From a virus (Duplodnaviria > Heunggongvirae > Uroviricota > Caudoviricetes): a DNA stretch of 40,315 nucleotides. The stretch lies in the IMG/VR virus record IMGVR_UViG_2541047797_000007, one strand, 5' to 3'. A model generated the notes under the pieces. The model did not search any database. It saw only the letters and a list, made by a program, of their open reading frames with translations, and was not told the DNA's origin. Of this stretch, positions 8,021-18,772 are shown in pieces (the stretch's first letter is position 1; each line of letters opens with the position of its first letter). The position numbers were made by a program, and so were the translations under genes.

Positions 8021-8313
8021 GCTCTTTTTCTGAATGATAGCCATTCGAAAAATGATGACATTCCACCGCAGACAATAGCAAAGATGATCCCACCAAAGAA
8101 GAGAAGGCCAGCCTGCCACCACTCCCACCGCCATACATCCACAGCGCCAACCATACCAACAATCGCTCCAACAAATGGAATATAGCTCACGATGAAAGCA
8201 ATGGGGGCTGCAATTATCCAGTGCAATCCCCACCATGATTCAAGCCCAGCCATAATTGCTGCCAACTGAAAAAGACCAACGACGATATAAACAATGAATC
8301 CTATAGCTTGCAT
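8017..8313 (-). CDS. Small integral membrane protein (98 aa), possible superinfection-exclusion/immunity-type moron
   Basis: Three hydrophobic helices, Trp-rich; sits alone between the ejection-protein genes and the antirepressor island. Function is inference only. Confidence 0.55.
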   Translation of the reverse strand: MQAIGFIVYIVVGLFQLAAIMAGLESWWGLHWIIAAPIAFIVSYIPFVGAIVGMVGAVDVWRWEWWQAGLLFFGGIIFAIVCGGMSSFFEWLSFRKRA

Positions 8314-8508
8314 GTAGTCACCTATTTACCCAGTAAAAATCAGAGGCCTCCCCTCAATAAGGCTTGCAACAAGAACTATTCCCTGCACAACAAAGATGAA
8401 CCAGCAAATAGCTTGAGTCTGAGGGTTAAGAAAATATTTGTAGCGGTCAATAAATAACAACCCACCAAAAATTATCACACTCAAAATAATTAAAAACACA
8501 ACACTTCC

Positions 8509-10983
8509 TTATTGCGGAGTGACATCCTGAGGTCGCCACCAGTATGTCTGGTTAAACTCTTTCTTCGAACGTTGCTCCATTTTACGCAAATAGCCTGGTG
8601 AAAAATACTCCTGCATCTGGTTAAAAATCATGTGATCGAGAGCCGCCTTCAAGTACCAGAGATTCGCACCTGGCATCAAACCTTTCCCCAGCTTCACCAA
8701 ATCACCACCAGTCTGCTCACTCTTCCCTTCCACAGCATTTAACGGTATGCCCTGAGCAATCTTCACTACGTCATCAACCAGACCAGCTACCGGGCCAAGC
8801 ATCGACGCCAGCGCGCCGCTTCCGTACCTAGTGTGATCTGACAATAAAAAGTCACCGTAAAGGCCAAGACCACCACCTTTCAGTAGAGCACCAAGCCAAA
8901 ATTTAGCAGCATCTTCTCCTGTCATCTCGCGAGGATTACGACCAGACGCAAGGTCGTTAAGTTGCTGCGACAAAGCGCCAAGAATGGTCGTACTGGCAAT
9001 AAACGTCGCAATATATGCCGCACGCCCACCAGCAGACGGCATACCCATAGCGCGTGACCAGTGACGCATAACCACCGAGATAGGGAACGATTTAAACAGG
9101 AAAACACTTCTCGTTAATTCACCTTTCCATGTTCCACGCTGAATACCAGAACCGGTTATCAGTTGCTCACGTGCTCCCGGTGTAATAACAGCCATATCAA
9201 CTTCTTCAGTTACGGCACCGAGCAGTTTACGCATTGCCTCAAATTTCACGCGTTCAGGCTCACCAAGATGTTTAACTGCTGAATCAGGGATACGCATAAT
9301 GCTTTCCGGTGTCAGCATCGTATTATTGCCGTTCCCCCAGTCCTCCTGTTGCGCCAGCTTCCATACGCTCCAGTCTGTGTCAGTAATCCCTTTGCTTTTC
9401 AGGATACGAAAATCAGAATCATCGAGGCTACGAAGGTCTGGTGTCCGTGACACTACTTCTCCCAGGCTTCCCATCATGGTTACGCCATAGGCGCGCTTGT
9501 GCGCATCTGACCATGCTGTAAGCCCACTGGCACGCATTACCGCCGTTGCAGCCCAACGAGACACAGACGGCCCCATATTATCCATCGCCCAGCGGTTAAC
9601 GCTGCCAAGTAGAGATTCCATCGCCAGACCAGCGCGGCGCGCCCGCGCAAGTTCTGTACGGTTCGTTGGGTCCATAGCTTCAAGCTGGTTGCGGAATAAC
9701 TGGTTCATTGGAAGGTTGGTAACCTTCGCAGACAGATACATGGTTCCAAGATCAGAGAACGATGACAGCAACGCGGATCCGAGTCTGCTGGCAACCAGCC
9801 AGTTGCGGATATTGTCAGACCATCGCGCGATGTGCGGATTCGCTACAGGCTGTGTCTTTCCGGAAATAAAGTTGTACAGATTCTCTGTGTTGTTCGCCAG
9901 CCGCTCGACTTTACCGGTTTTACTCGGGTTAGCTGTTGCCGTTTCTGCCTTAACCTGATCAAGAAGGGAGCGGAAAACATGATCGGGGTTTGGACCATAT
10001 GTTTCCACCAGAGCAATATCTTTACTGATACCTTCCAGGTGACCGACCATGATTTCCCATAGAGAGCGATCGCCATAAAGTTGTTGATATTGGAGATAGG
10101 AATCAGCATCTTTGAAATGTATCTGTCGTGATGCATTACCACGGTTAGCACGTGCGCCGGAAATTCGCATTCCGGTATCAGTAAGCTTATTCAGCCCACC
10201 AGTAGCGATCGTGTTATAAGCCTCTCCAAGAAATGCAGACAACTCGGCATCGTTCATCAGTTGTCCATCGGCTCGGGTATAATATTTGCGATCCAGCTTA
10301 CCTATAACATCGTTAACCCACTTATCCTTTGATACCGCCCCAACCTTTTCCATAGAATGATGTTGAGGGATCCCCCAGTTTTCGAGATAGCCAATGTCCC
10401 CACCAGCATCATTAAACCGGCGGCGCAGCAGCTCTGTAACTTCTCTCCACGCCTTAGCACCTTTTCTTGCTTTAGCATTGCCAGTATTTTGCCCCCGCAT
10501 TTCATATACCAGGTCACGTACGCCCGCTTCATCTTCAAACAGACCAAAAAAGCGAGGATCAACTGCTTCGAATGCCTCCTGCAATTGACTCAATGCATAA
10601 TCACGGGTGGCTTTTGTTCTGGATTCAACAGAGAGGAAATTAGATTTACCGTCTGCATTAAAAGCTATAGTACGGTTAAGAGCGCCAAGTTTCCCATCAG
10701 CCCCTTGATAGCTATTGATAAATTTATCCAATCTCTGACGCGCGGCTATAGTGAGAGCCACACGACGTTTCTTTAATGCCGCTTCTCGCTGTAATTCTTC
10801 AGATGCCAATTGTGCTGCTCGATATAGCCGCTCTGATTCGGAAAGTTGTCGCCACGACATCGGGTCATCACGAGCAATGGAGCGCATATTTCGATAAATG
10901 CGGTCTTCAATGTTCTGTATTTCTCGCGCCGTTAACATGCGCTGCGCCGCCTGCTGAACCGCCTGTATACATTCCTGTCTCAT
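8509..10983 (-). CDS. Large internal virion / ejection protein (824 aa)
   Basis: Last of three large consecutive, translationally coupled genes downstream of the nozzle genes; the position resembles podovirus internal core/ejection proteins. No specific motif recognised. Confidence 0.55.
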   Translation of the reverse strand: MRQECIQAVQQAAQRMLTAREIQNIEDRIYRNMRSIARDDPMSWRQLSESERLYRAAQLASEELQREAALKKRRVALTIAARQRLDKFINSYQGADGKLGALNRTIAFNADGKSNFLSVESRTKATRDYALSQLQEAFEAVDPRFFGLFEDEAGVRDLVYEMRGQNTGNAKARKGAKAWREVTELLRRRFNDAGGDIGYLENWGIPQHHSMEKVGAVSKDKWVNDVIGKLDRKYYTRADGQLMNDAELSAFLGEAYNTIATGGLNKLTDTGMRISGARANRGNASRQIHFKDADSYLQYQQLYGDRSLWEIMVGHLEGISKDIALVETYGPNPDHVFRSLLDQVKAETATANPSKTGKVERLANNTENLYNFISGKTQPVANPHIARWSDNIRNWLVASRLGSALLSSFSDLGTMYLSAKVTNLPMNQLFRNQLEAMDPTNRTELARARRAGLAMESLLGSVNRWAMDNMGPSVSRWAATAVMRASGLTAWSDAHKRAYGVTMMGSLGEVVSRTPDLRSLDDSDFRILKSKGITDTDWSVWKLAQQEDWGNGNNTMLTPESIMRIPDSAVKHLGEPERVKFEAMRKLLGAVTEEVDMAVITPGAREQLITGSGIQRGTWKGELTRSVFLFKSFPISVVMRHWSRAMGMPSAGGRAAYIATFIASTTILGALSQQLNDLASGRNPREMTGEDAAKFWLGALLKGGGLGLYGDFLLSDHTRYGSGALASMLGPVAGLVDDVVKIAQGIPLNAVEGKSEQTGGDLVKLGKGLMPGANLWYLKAALDHMIFNQMQEYFSPGYLRKMEQRSKKEFNQTYWWRPQDVTPQ

Positions 10984-10988
10984 TTAAT

Positions 10989-12791
10989 TTAACCTCTCAA
11001 GAAACACGCCACAGCGACATCAAACAGGCTGGAATCCTGTATTGCCTGCTCACTTTCCCTGTTCGCTTCATCCAGTACTTCACGCGCACTGCGCGATTGT
11101 GGATTACCATCATCATCCAGCACGGTGATTATCATGTCAGGTGATTCAAGCAGCGAGTCTTCAGCTATACGCAGATCAATATCTCCTGCCGGATCTGCCA
11201 TCATTTTTTGTTCTGTCTGTTGCAATATCTTACCGGGCTCAAAAGGAGCTACTTCGTCTGGCGTCCTGACCTCTGCTGTTTTATAGAATGAAACAGCCTG
11301 AGCATTAAGTTCACTTTCTGCCTGCTGTCGTCGTGCCAGTTCTGCTCGAGCTTCAAAAAACTGACCGCCAGGCTCATGCGGTGCCAACGCGTTACGGGAA
11401 AATTCCAGGCGCTCTTGTGCCTGCCGGATTCGTTGGTCAATATCGCGAAGTCTGACCTGTTTATCTGATCGAGCACGAGACAAAGCTTTACCGCTACCGG
11501 TTGGCTCTTCTGCAAGAATTTGTGCGCGCTGTTCAGTGAGATTTTCAATAATTCGTTGGCTATTAGCGATTTCAGACTGGTAAACCTGTCTATCGCCACG
11601 CGGCAAAAGCTGCGCGGCCTGTTCTTCAAGCAACCGATTTTCTATAGCGCGCGCCGTTACTCCATCATCTACAGATGACAGAGCCTCATTAACTGCCTGA
11701 GACAACAGACTCTTGCGCCCAGGAATTTCACTGAAAGATGCAGACTCAACAATGCTGGCAACGTCTACAGGTCTCCCCTGGCTAACATCAGACATAGCTT
11801 TTCGCAGAGCCTGAATGTGAGAATTGCGCGAAAGCACGTTGATCGGCACGCCGGGCGCAATATCAATTTCAGCATGATGAGCGGCATTCGCCGCCAGTGC
11901 AGCATCAACATCAACTGGTGAAAAATTTGGTGCGCTTGTAGACTCGCCGCGAGAGTTCATAAATCTGCCGACACCACCAAACGCCACCCCAAGAACAGCA
12001 TCAATAGCAATTGCCTGTCGATCCAACACATCATACTGGTTAGCCATTTCGCTATAGCCACCATCACGAAGCGTTTTTGCAGTAAGCCCACGCTGTGCCA
12101 TACCGAACGCAATATTTGTACCTGCGGCATAGGCAATATCTGGCGTTGCACGTACTGCTGTTGCTGCGGCGCGTCGCACTGAACTTTCACCCGTCCGCGC
12201 AAGCTGGGCCGCCACACCTTCCGCCAGCGCACCACCAGCACGTAACCCGAGGCTCATAGGGATCAGTGTTCCGGCACCAGCAGTAATACCCTGCACTAAT
12301 CCCGCTTCCTGCGCCGTCCTGAAATCAACACCCTGTGCTGTCAGCCGTTCAAACTCAGAAAAACCCTGTAGAGAAGTTACCGCCGCAGCACCTCCGACCG
12401 GACCACCGAGCGTTGTACCGACAACAGCCTGCCCTCCCATATCGAACAACCCATAAAGGACCTGCCCGGCGGTTCCGGTTGTCGCGGCATCAGGCGTCAG
12501 CCGCTTAACCTGCTGCTCTGCTAGTTTTCTCTGCTCGGCAATGTATGAAACTGAAGTGTCATTGAGCGAGGTGTTTTCGTTAACAAACTGAGCAATCGGG
12601 GATACGATTTTATCCATCCCTGCCCATAGCAACTGATCTGGCTTTGCCACCAGCCCGGAGTACAAACCAGACAATGCCGCTCCTACAGCATTGTCGAAAA
12701 AACCAACATCGCTGTTAAAGCCAGCTGGATTTGATGCTGCTTCGTCAAGCTGCTGATTCTGGTTTACTGGATTAAGGCCAAAGTAACTCAT
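10989..12791 (-). CDS. Internal virion / ejection protein (600 aa)
   Basis: Ala/Gly-rich protein; start overlaps the stop of the upstream gene (ATGA). Confidence 0.5.
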   Translation of the reverse strand: MSYFGLNPVNQNQQLDEAASNPAGFNSDVGFFDNAVGAALSGLYSGLVAKPDQLLWAGMDKIVSPIAQFVNENTSLNDTSVSYIAEQRKLAEQQVKRLTPDAATTGTAGQVLYGLFDMGGQAVVGTTLGGPVGGAAAVTSLQGFSEFERLTAQGVDFRTAQEAGLVQGITAGAGTLIPMSLGLRAGGALAEGVAAQLARTGESSVRRAAATAVRATPDIAYAAGTNIAFGMAQRGLTAKTLRDGGYSEMANQYDVLDRQAIAIDAVLGVAFGGVGRFMNSRGESTSAPNFSPVDVDAALAANAAHHAEIDIAPGVPINVLSRNSHIQALRKAMSDVSQGRPVDVASIVESASFSEIPGRKSLLSQAVNEALSSVDDGVTARAIENRLLEEQAAQLLPRGDRQVYQSEIANSQRIIENLTEQRAQILAEEPTGSGKALSRARSDKQVRLRDIDQRIRQAQERLEFSRNALAPHEPGGQFFEARAELARRQQAESELNAQAVSFYKTAEVRTPDEVAPFEPGKILQQTEQKMMADPAGDIDLRIAEDSLLESPDMIITVLDDDGNPQSRSAREVLDEANRESEQAIQDSSLFDVAVACFLRG

Positions 12792-15301
12792 TGCGGAATA
12801 TCTCCGGAGAATCTCTGACGCTTCTGTGTCAGATTAAGAACAACGGGAGAACCATCATCTTTCAGCAGATAACCAGTACCAAGTTTCACCAGGTACTGAC
12901 TATCGCCGTAACTTTGCAAACCATACTGACCAGGCGGTGTTTTTATCCCGGAGCCGACAACTTGTTCATTCCAAGCCTGATTAACCTGCTTATCGAATTG
13001 CTCCGCAGACATTCCCCACGGCAAAAGGACATTCCCCATTCCGTTATAGTCATGCACGCCACCTGTAGCTACGTTAACAGCCTGTTTCCAGACATCATTG
13101 TCAATTTCGCCTGATACCACGCCTTTTTTCGCCATCACACCAGCGTAATAATCCTTTGCGATCTCGTATGCCATTGATGCCCCCTGAGCGTCACCAGCAA
13201 ATGCATCCTTCACCATGTCAGAAAACTCAAGGCGAAGATCAGCATCTTTAGGCATCGGAATACCTTTCGCATCATCAGTACCTTTACGAGCCGCCGCGCC
13301 AGCAAGAATTGTCTGCGCAGCGGTTTCAGGAGACACGGAAACATCCGGATTAAACCAGTTTTTTTCTGCCAAAATACCACCTGGCTTATCCATCAGTATC
13401 CCGGCAACGGCAGCAGATGGAGCGTTGGCACTGATCTGCTGTAGTGCTGACATATACACCTGCCCACCACCAGTGCTCTGCCTGATGGTATCGAGATATG
13501 CTGCCTGTTGGGAAACTGGAGCATCACGAAAGAAAACACCGATCTGATTGGCCTCGTCTTTGGAAAAGAACGTCAGTGGAGTGCCATATGACTTAGCAAG
13601 GTCACTGACCTGAGCGGCACGCAAGGCAACGCTCTGTCCAAAGTTATCCTTATTGCTCATGTCGATAGGCTTTGCCTGTCCGGCGGCAAGAGAGAACTGC
13701 ACAGGATCCGATTGCCGCTGCTTTATCACCTGATTTGCAGCCGAAACAACGTTGTCATAAAGAGCTGCGCGTGCCGCATACCCCTCCCCTGTCTCACCAG
13801 TATCCGGGCGTAATTGCTCAACATATGCTGTAATGCTGCTTGTCGGCATGTTGCGGAAAGAGCCTATATACTGTCCGGCGATTTGCGTATTTCTGAACTC
13901 GGTATATCGCAGGTTTCCTTCTCTGACTCCATAAGCTGCAATAAAATCAGCCTCACCAGGTGGGTTAGGAAATTCAACGCCACGCATATACGCAGATGTC
14001 GCATCGCGAACTTGGCTGTCAATCATCGTTTTATATTCAGCCTGCTGCTGCCGACGCAGTTGATCCGCCTGTCGCATAAAACTTGCCTGCGCCTCAGGAG
14101 ATGCCGCATCGAATGCTGCATTACCGGTATAGCGTTTGGTGTTGGTTGGAATTGTTGATAAACCAAGTGCTGCACTGACACCAGCAGTTAACTGCTGATC
14201 ACTGTATGGCTGGCTACCGTTCTCATGATGGATAATGGCTGCACAAAGCGCCTTCAGGGTATCAGGATTAGATGCATCGAGAGGCTCATCAGCAGAAACG
14301 CCAAGTTGTTCGCACACTGCTTTGATATACGACATAGTGTCATTTTTATCAGTAGGCGGTGCCCAGCGATTAATTATCTCGCTGACGGTATCGATACCCT
14401 GCCGCTGATACGACATCAGGTTACGCCCTAATGCACGAATCCCGTGCTCAGGTGTTTCGAATTTAGCAAATCGACCATCATCACCGGTCTGGCCTACCCA
14501 CGGATTAGTTTTGCTGTATTCGAGATTTCCTGGGTTATTGTTGCGTATGCCACGGGCACGCTCGGAAGAGTCATTATCTGCTACAGCACGGCGAGCTCCA
14601 GCAGCAGTATCACTTAACTCGCCATTACTTTGGATGAATGCGGTCGCATTGTTTGCCGACCACTGGGACAATGCGGCATCAGCAACCTTCTCTTTAAACT
14701 CGATTTTCTTGGCCTGTATTTGCTCGTCGCTCCAGCCATGCGCAACGCCGTAATCCTCAATTTGCTGGAAAGTTTGCTTATTAGCCAATACGTATGCGGC
14801 GTTGTCGCCATACAATGCTGCGGCATTTTTACCATTGTTCAGCAGCGTCGCCTGAAACTGGCCTTCTTCGTAGGCATTTATTTGCCCTATCTCGTGCCGC
14901 CCGGCCTGCGTAGTGAACTGAATGCGCTGCTGCTGCGCCTGCTGCATGAAAGCATTACGAGCCTGTTCATCCGGCAGCGACATAGCCAGTTGCTCGACCT
15001 GGGCATCAAACTGCTGCGTATACTCCTGACCTTTTCCAATAGCATTTTTCCCTTTCAGGTTAAGCAATCCTGTTTCAGGATTATTCAGCAGATCACTGCT
15101 TATCTGACTGAGGTTAAGAGATGCCTCCTGAGCCAGAGCGATATTGGCACGCTGTTTTGCCTGCCCCAAAACATCAATTGCCTCTGTCCCTGCCCGAACA
15201 AAAGCATCACTAATACCTGGCTGAGAAAACGTCTGCAAGCCTGCTGACTGAACTCCACGACTCTCAACCTGACGTCCGGATACTGTTGGTACGACTGGCA
15301 T
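12788..15301 (-). CDS. Large internal virion protein, possibly with a cell-wall-degrading region
   Basis: Start taken at the internal Met whose ATG overlaps the upstream stop (TAATG) rather than the track start at 15376. Contains segment RNNNPGNLEY...HGIRALGRNL; a cell-wall hydrolase role is a weak inference. Confidence 0.5.
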   Translation of the reverse strand: MPVVPTVSGRQVESRGVQSAGLQTFSQPGISDAFVRAGTEAIDVLGQAKQRANIALAQEASLNLSQISSDLLNNPETGLLNLKGKNAIGKGQEYTQQFDAQVEQLAMSLPDEQARNAFMQQAQQQRIQFTTQAGRHEIGQINAYEEGQFQATLLNNGKNAAALYGDNAAYVLANKQTFQQIEDYGVAHGWSDEQIQAKKIEFKEKVADAALSQWSANNATAFIQSNGELSDTAAGARRAVADNDSSERARGIRNNNPGNLEYSKTNPWVGQTGDDGRFAKFETPEHGIRALGRNLMSYQRQGIDTVSEIINRWAPPTDKNDTMSYIKAVCEQLGVSADEPLDASNPDTLKALCAAIIHHENGSQPYSDQQLTAGVSAALGLSTIPTNTKRYTGNAAFDAASPEAQASFMRQADQLRRQQQAEYKTMIDSQVRDATSAYMRGVEFPNPPGEADFIAAYGVREGNLRYTEFRNTQIAGQYIGSFRNMPTSSITAYVEQLRPDTGETGEGYAARAALYDNVVSAANQVIKQRQSDPVQFSLAAGQAKPIDMSNKDNFGQSVALRAAQVSDLAKSYGTPLTFFSKDEANQIGVFFRDAPVSQQAAYLDTIRQSTGGGQVYMSALQQISANAPSAAVAGILMDKPGGILAEKNWFNPDVSVSPETAAQTILAGAAARKGTDDAKGIPMPKDADLRLEFSDMVKDAFAGDAQGASMAYEIAKDYYAGVMAKKGVVSGEIDNDVWKQAVNVATGGVHDYNGMGNVLLPWGMSAEQFDKQVNQAWNEQVVGSGIKTPPGQYGLQSYGDSQYLVKLGTGYLLKDDGSPVVLNLTQKRQRFSGDIPQ

Positions 15302-15846
15302 TATAATCCTCCGGGTAATCTGGTTCCTGCTGCCGCCCCGATTGGCGCAGGGGTGCTTTGAGTAAACGGACTCCACGTCCCACCAAACATCTGGTACGCA
15401 CCGTATGCCTTCAGAGGCGCAGTGAGCAATGTTGTTGCTGCTCCCACATTCCCCTGTTTACGGGCTGAACTGGCTTCTGCTTTATAGTTGGCAGCCTGAA
15501 CCTGATAACCGTAAGCCTCGCGTTGCGCGTTATTCACCGTCGTTAGCGAATCAAGAGCGCCAAACTGAGCAGTGTCACCAAATATATCCAGCGCGTTACC
15601 TGTAGATAAATCAGCGCCGGTCGCCCCCATTGTCGCCGCCTGTGTACCAAGCCGCTGTCGGGTCTCTCTGCGCCGTTGCTCAGCTTCAGCGTTACCTCTG
15701 TTTATTGCATCATTTGCCTGAGCTGTGGCTATATCTGCGTTCGCTTCTGCAACCTTCGAGGCATACTTTCCCTGTTGGTACTGGGTGTATGCCTGAATGC
15801 CACTCATGGCGAGCATTGCGCCACCAGCAATAACCGGATCGCACAT
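15301..15846 (-). CDS. Internal virion protein (181 aa, Ala/Gly-rich)
   Basis: Coupled within the structural operon; low-complexity A/G/Q-rich sequence as seen in podovirus core proteins. Confidence 0.45.
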   Translation of the reverse strand: MCDPVIAGGAMLAMSGIQAYTQYQQGKYASKVAEANADIATAQANDAINRGNAEAEQRRRETRQRLGTQAATMGATGADLSTGNALDIFGDTAQFGALDSLTTVNNAQREAYGYQVQAANYKAEASSARKQGNVGAATTLLTAPLKAYGAYQMFGGTWSPFTQSTPAPIGAAAGTRLPGGL

Positions 15847-16310
15847 TATTTTCTCTCCATGTGAAATCTGTGGAAATTAAGACCAAGAGCACCATAAGGC
15901 GCGGCTTCTTCAAGCCTGAATCCAAGCCAGTGCAGCCATGCTTTGGCAACATGGTTTCGCTCGTCGACGTAGTTTTCCAGGCGCGGATAAACTGCCAGCA
16001 TCTGCTGCAATACAGGGCGGCAGTGGCGCAGAAATGTCTTCTGATATTTTTCAATACGGCTGGTTCCGACCAGCCAGGGCGTACCATTGCCACCGATCAT
16101 TGACGCCGGAGATACACCAAACATGGTTACCAGTTCTCCGTTCGCGAACCCTGACCAAGCCATAGTCGCAGTGCGAAGACCAACACGCAGCGCATCTTCG
16201 GTAGTCATCAGCGATACCGCATACAGTTCGTCAATATCAGCCTGACGAACATCCGGCAAAATCATCTGAAGATGCTCTTCGGTAGCGGGAATAATTTGAA
16301 CATCAATCAT
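15846..16310 (-). CDS. Structural-module hypothetical protein (154 aa)
   Basis: Translationally coupled (1-nt overlaps on both sides) between the nozzle protein and the internal proteins. Confidence 0.45.
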   Translation of the reverse strand: MIDVQIIPATEEHLQMILPDVRQADIDELYAVSLMTTEDALRVGLRTATMAWSGFANGELVTMFGVSPASMIGGNGTPWLVGTSRIEKYQKTFLRHCRPVLQQMLAVYPRLENYVDERNHVAKAWLHWLGFRLEEAAPYGALGLNFHRFHMERK

Positions 16311-18772
16311 CAGAATCCCCCAACAGTAAGGCGAGGAATAACGGCAAGAACAGACAGCGGCAACGGGTCAAGCTGACGGATTCTTACACGTCCGTTTTTG
16401 CCCCAGTTACTGTCCAGTTTCACTTCTACTTTTCCGGTAGCGTCATCAACAGGATCATCGTAGAACTCGAATTCACGCTGTGGATATTCGTACCATTTAC
16501 CGCCGGGCGTAGTCGCCCAGATGCCGCGGCTGGCATTCACAACCAGAGTAACGGATGGGATCACCTGTTTTTTGTCCAGCAGCGTTTCCTGTCCGTTAAT
16601 GTTGATATCCAGTGTTTCGAATTCAGCAGTTATTGGCAGGCCGATGTGCACTACAGCCCCCGGTGATTCCAGCGTGACGGCACCTCCGGAAACTACTTTC
16701 TGTGGTTCCACGTTCGCATCAGAGAGGATGTTTACGGTCTGACCTTCAAGATGAGACAAGCCGCCAAATGCCCGGCGCGCCATCTGCCAGTTCGTGGTGG
16801 CCACATTCCTGAGGGATGGCGGGACGTTCCTGTTAGCACGAACCACTACAGCGGTGTTGCTGGTTACAGAAATAATGTCGCAACGTAATTCTTTTGCGCC
16901 AGTATCAGGATCAGTTCCGGTATAAGGGAACTGTAGTTGCGCACCGACATCACTACTGGTGAAGTACGCACCACCAGAAATACTGATTGTATATTCCGCG
17001 CGGTAATCCCATTCGCCAGAACCACCAGTGATGGTCATCGTTCTGTCAGACGTATTTCTTCCATCATAGCTAAGGCCAGAATCAACAAAGAAAGCATCTT
17101 CATCGCTGGTAAATAAACGGCTGGACAGTCGCTCGATGTATCTCACTGTTTGCCCGTTAACGGTTCGGTTAACGACGAAATACACCGCATCTTCATTGCC
17201 TTCGCTGATACTGCATGTGCTTTCATATTTTCCGGTACTGGATTGTGGTGCCCATGCAAAAACCTGCTGATCACGCAAATAGGTCATCACCAGTAATTTA
17301 CCGTCATCACGAATGCAGAAGGCGCTGGAGTAAGGGACAATCGAGAAGCACCAGTCAACAATGCTGTGCTTCTGAAAAAGATGATTGGCAAGGATAGTCA
17401 GGTCGTTCCCCTGATAGCCGTCAACATCGAATGAGTAGGCCAGATCACGGACAACACTGCCTTTCTCCTGGACGAACAGAGCAATATTCGCTACGGCAAT
17501 TGGTGGGACATTACTCGAGCCATTTGATCCCTGAGAGCTGAATGCAAATGATGATGGGGTTAACACTTTGTTCTGGTCGCCGGTGATGACGTACTCACCT
17601 CCGGAAGTCAGCGCCACCAGAGAACCAACATCAATCAGGTGACGGATCTCATTAACCTGACGCCCGGCATAGGTGTAGATAATTCTGTCGTCATCCTGCG
17701 TAGGATTGCTTTTGCCAAAATCCTTATAATCACCGGTACGGCTGGCCCAGATAGTCTGAGGGAACGCAGTCGATGCGGCGAAGTAAAGACGTTGTTGATA
17801 ATAAACAACAGTGCCAGGATAACCATTAACACTGTTCCAGGCATATTTAGCCCATTTATAGCTGGCATTATCCTCGCCCACGACCTGCGAAGGGATATAG
17901 GAAATCACCTCGGCAGTTGCAGTAGTTCCATTTGCAGCAGTGATACGGGCAATGCCAAAACCACTGTGCAGATATTCCCACTCAATGCCAGTATCATCAT
18001 CACCGGATCCGCCCCAGCCATCCCATGATGTGCCTTCTGTATGCGAAGGGCGCAAAGTACCTGTTTTGCCTGCTGTAACGGCGCGATAGTAGTTACTGTC
18101 TGCACGGCGAATATCGCCAATCGACGTACTCTTACTGGTTTCCCATACCGGCACAGAATCCACTGCAGGCTGTTCCAGATAGAACAATTTGCCTGCCTGC
18201 TCCGCGCCAAAAATAGAGGCGCTTGCCGTTAACGTAATTGTCCCGGTGCTGGCGCTGGCATAAACCGTCACTGACTCATCAATATTGATATCTTCAAATG
18301 GCCCGTTCTTCGTTACCACATCAACCAGTTGCCAGTTGTCATGCGCATAGCGGCGCAGCTCTTTCGGCGGGTATGCCGGGTGAACCAGCGTAAGCACGTC
18401 GGCGCTTTGCGTGAATTTAATTCGGAACAGATCGGCTTCAGTATATGGCGTGGCAATTTCATAAATAACATTGCTGCTGTTCAGCACCAACGCACCATCT
18501 TTGATAACGCGCATGTACTGGTGTCCGAACTCCAGAGCATAGGTCTGAACCGTCGAGAACTGGAACGGGATCAGGCGGCATTTCCGATTTGGGTATTTGG
18601 CGGCACCAACAAAACGCGTACCAGGTCGATTCTCAACGCCGCCATACTGTCGCACGATAAAGTTATCGCACTTGCGCAATGCCACCTGATACTTCGCCAT
18701 GTCGATACGACCGTACAACGACGGTCCAATCTCACCACCGGCAAAGCTGGGCTGGATCCAACTGATAGCCAT
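16310..18772 (-). CDS. Tail tubular protein B-like (nozzle) protein, 820 aa
   Basis: A roughly 200-aa protein followed by a roughly 800-aa protein, as with T7 gp11/gp12; N-terminus MAISWIQPSFAGGEIGP. Assignment by architecture, not a measured match. Confidence 0.5.
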   Translation of the reverse strand: MAISWIQPSFAGGEIGPSLYGRIDMAKYQVALRKCDNFIVRQYGGVENRPGTRFVGAAKYPNRKCRLIPFQFSTVQTYALEFGHQYMRVIKDGALVLNSSNVIYEIATPYTEADLFRIKFTQSADVLTLVHPAYPPKELRRYAHDNWQLVDVVTKNGPFEDINIDESVTVYASASTGTITLTASASIFGAEQAGKLFYLEQPAVDSVPVWETSKSTSIGDIRRADSNYYRAVTAGKTGTLRPSHTEGTSWDGWGGSGDDDTGIEWEYLHSGFGIARITAANGTTATAEVISYIPSQVVGEDNASYKWAKYAWNSVNGYPGTVVYYQQRLYFAASTAFPQTIWASRTGDYKDFGKSNPTQDDDRIIYTYAGRQVNEIRHLIDVGSLVALTSGGEYVITGDQNKVLTPSSFAFSSQGSNGSSNVPPIAVANIALFVQEKGSVVRDLAYSFDVDGYQGNDLTILANHLFQKHSIVDWCFSIVPYSSAFCIRDDGKLLVMTYLRDQQVFAWAPQSSTGKYESTCSISEGNEDAVYFVVNRTVNGQTVRYIERLSSRLFTSDEDAFFVDSGLSYDGRNTSDRTMTITGGSGEWDYRAEYTISISGGAYFTSSDVGAQLQFPYTGTDPDTGAKELRCDIISVTSNTAVVVRANRNVPPSLRNVATTNWQMARRAFGGLSHLEGQTVNILSDANVEPQKVVSGGAVTLESPGAVVHIGLPITAEFETLDININGQETLLDKKQVIPSVTLVVNASRGIWATTPGGKWYEYPQREFEFYDDPVDDATGKVEVKLDSNWGKNGRVRIRQLDPLPLSVLAVIPRLTVGGF

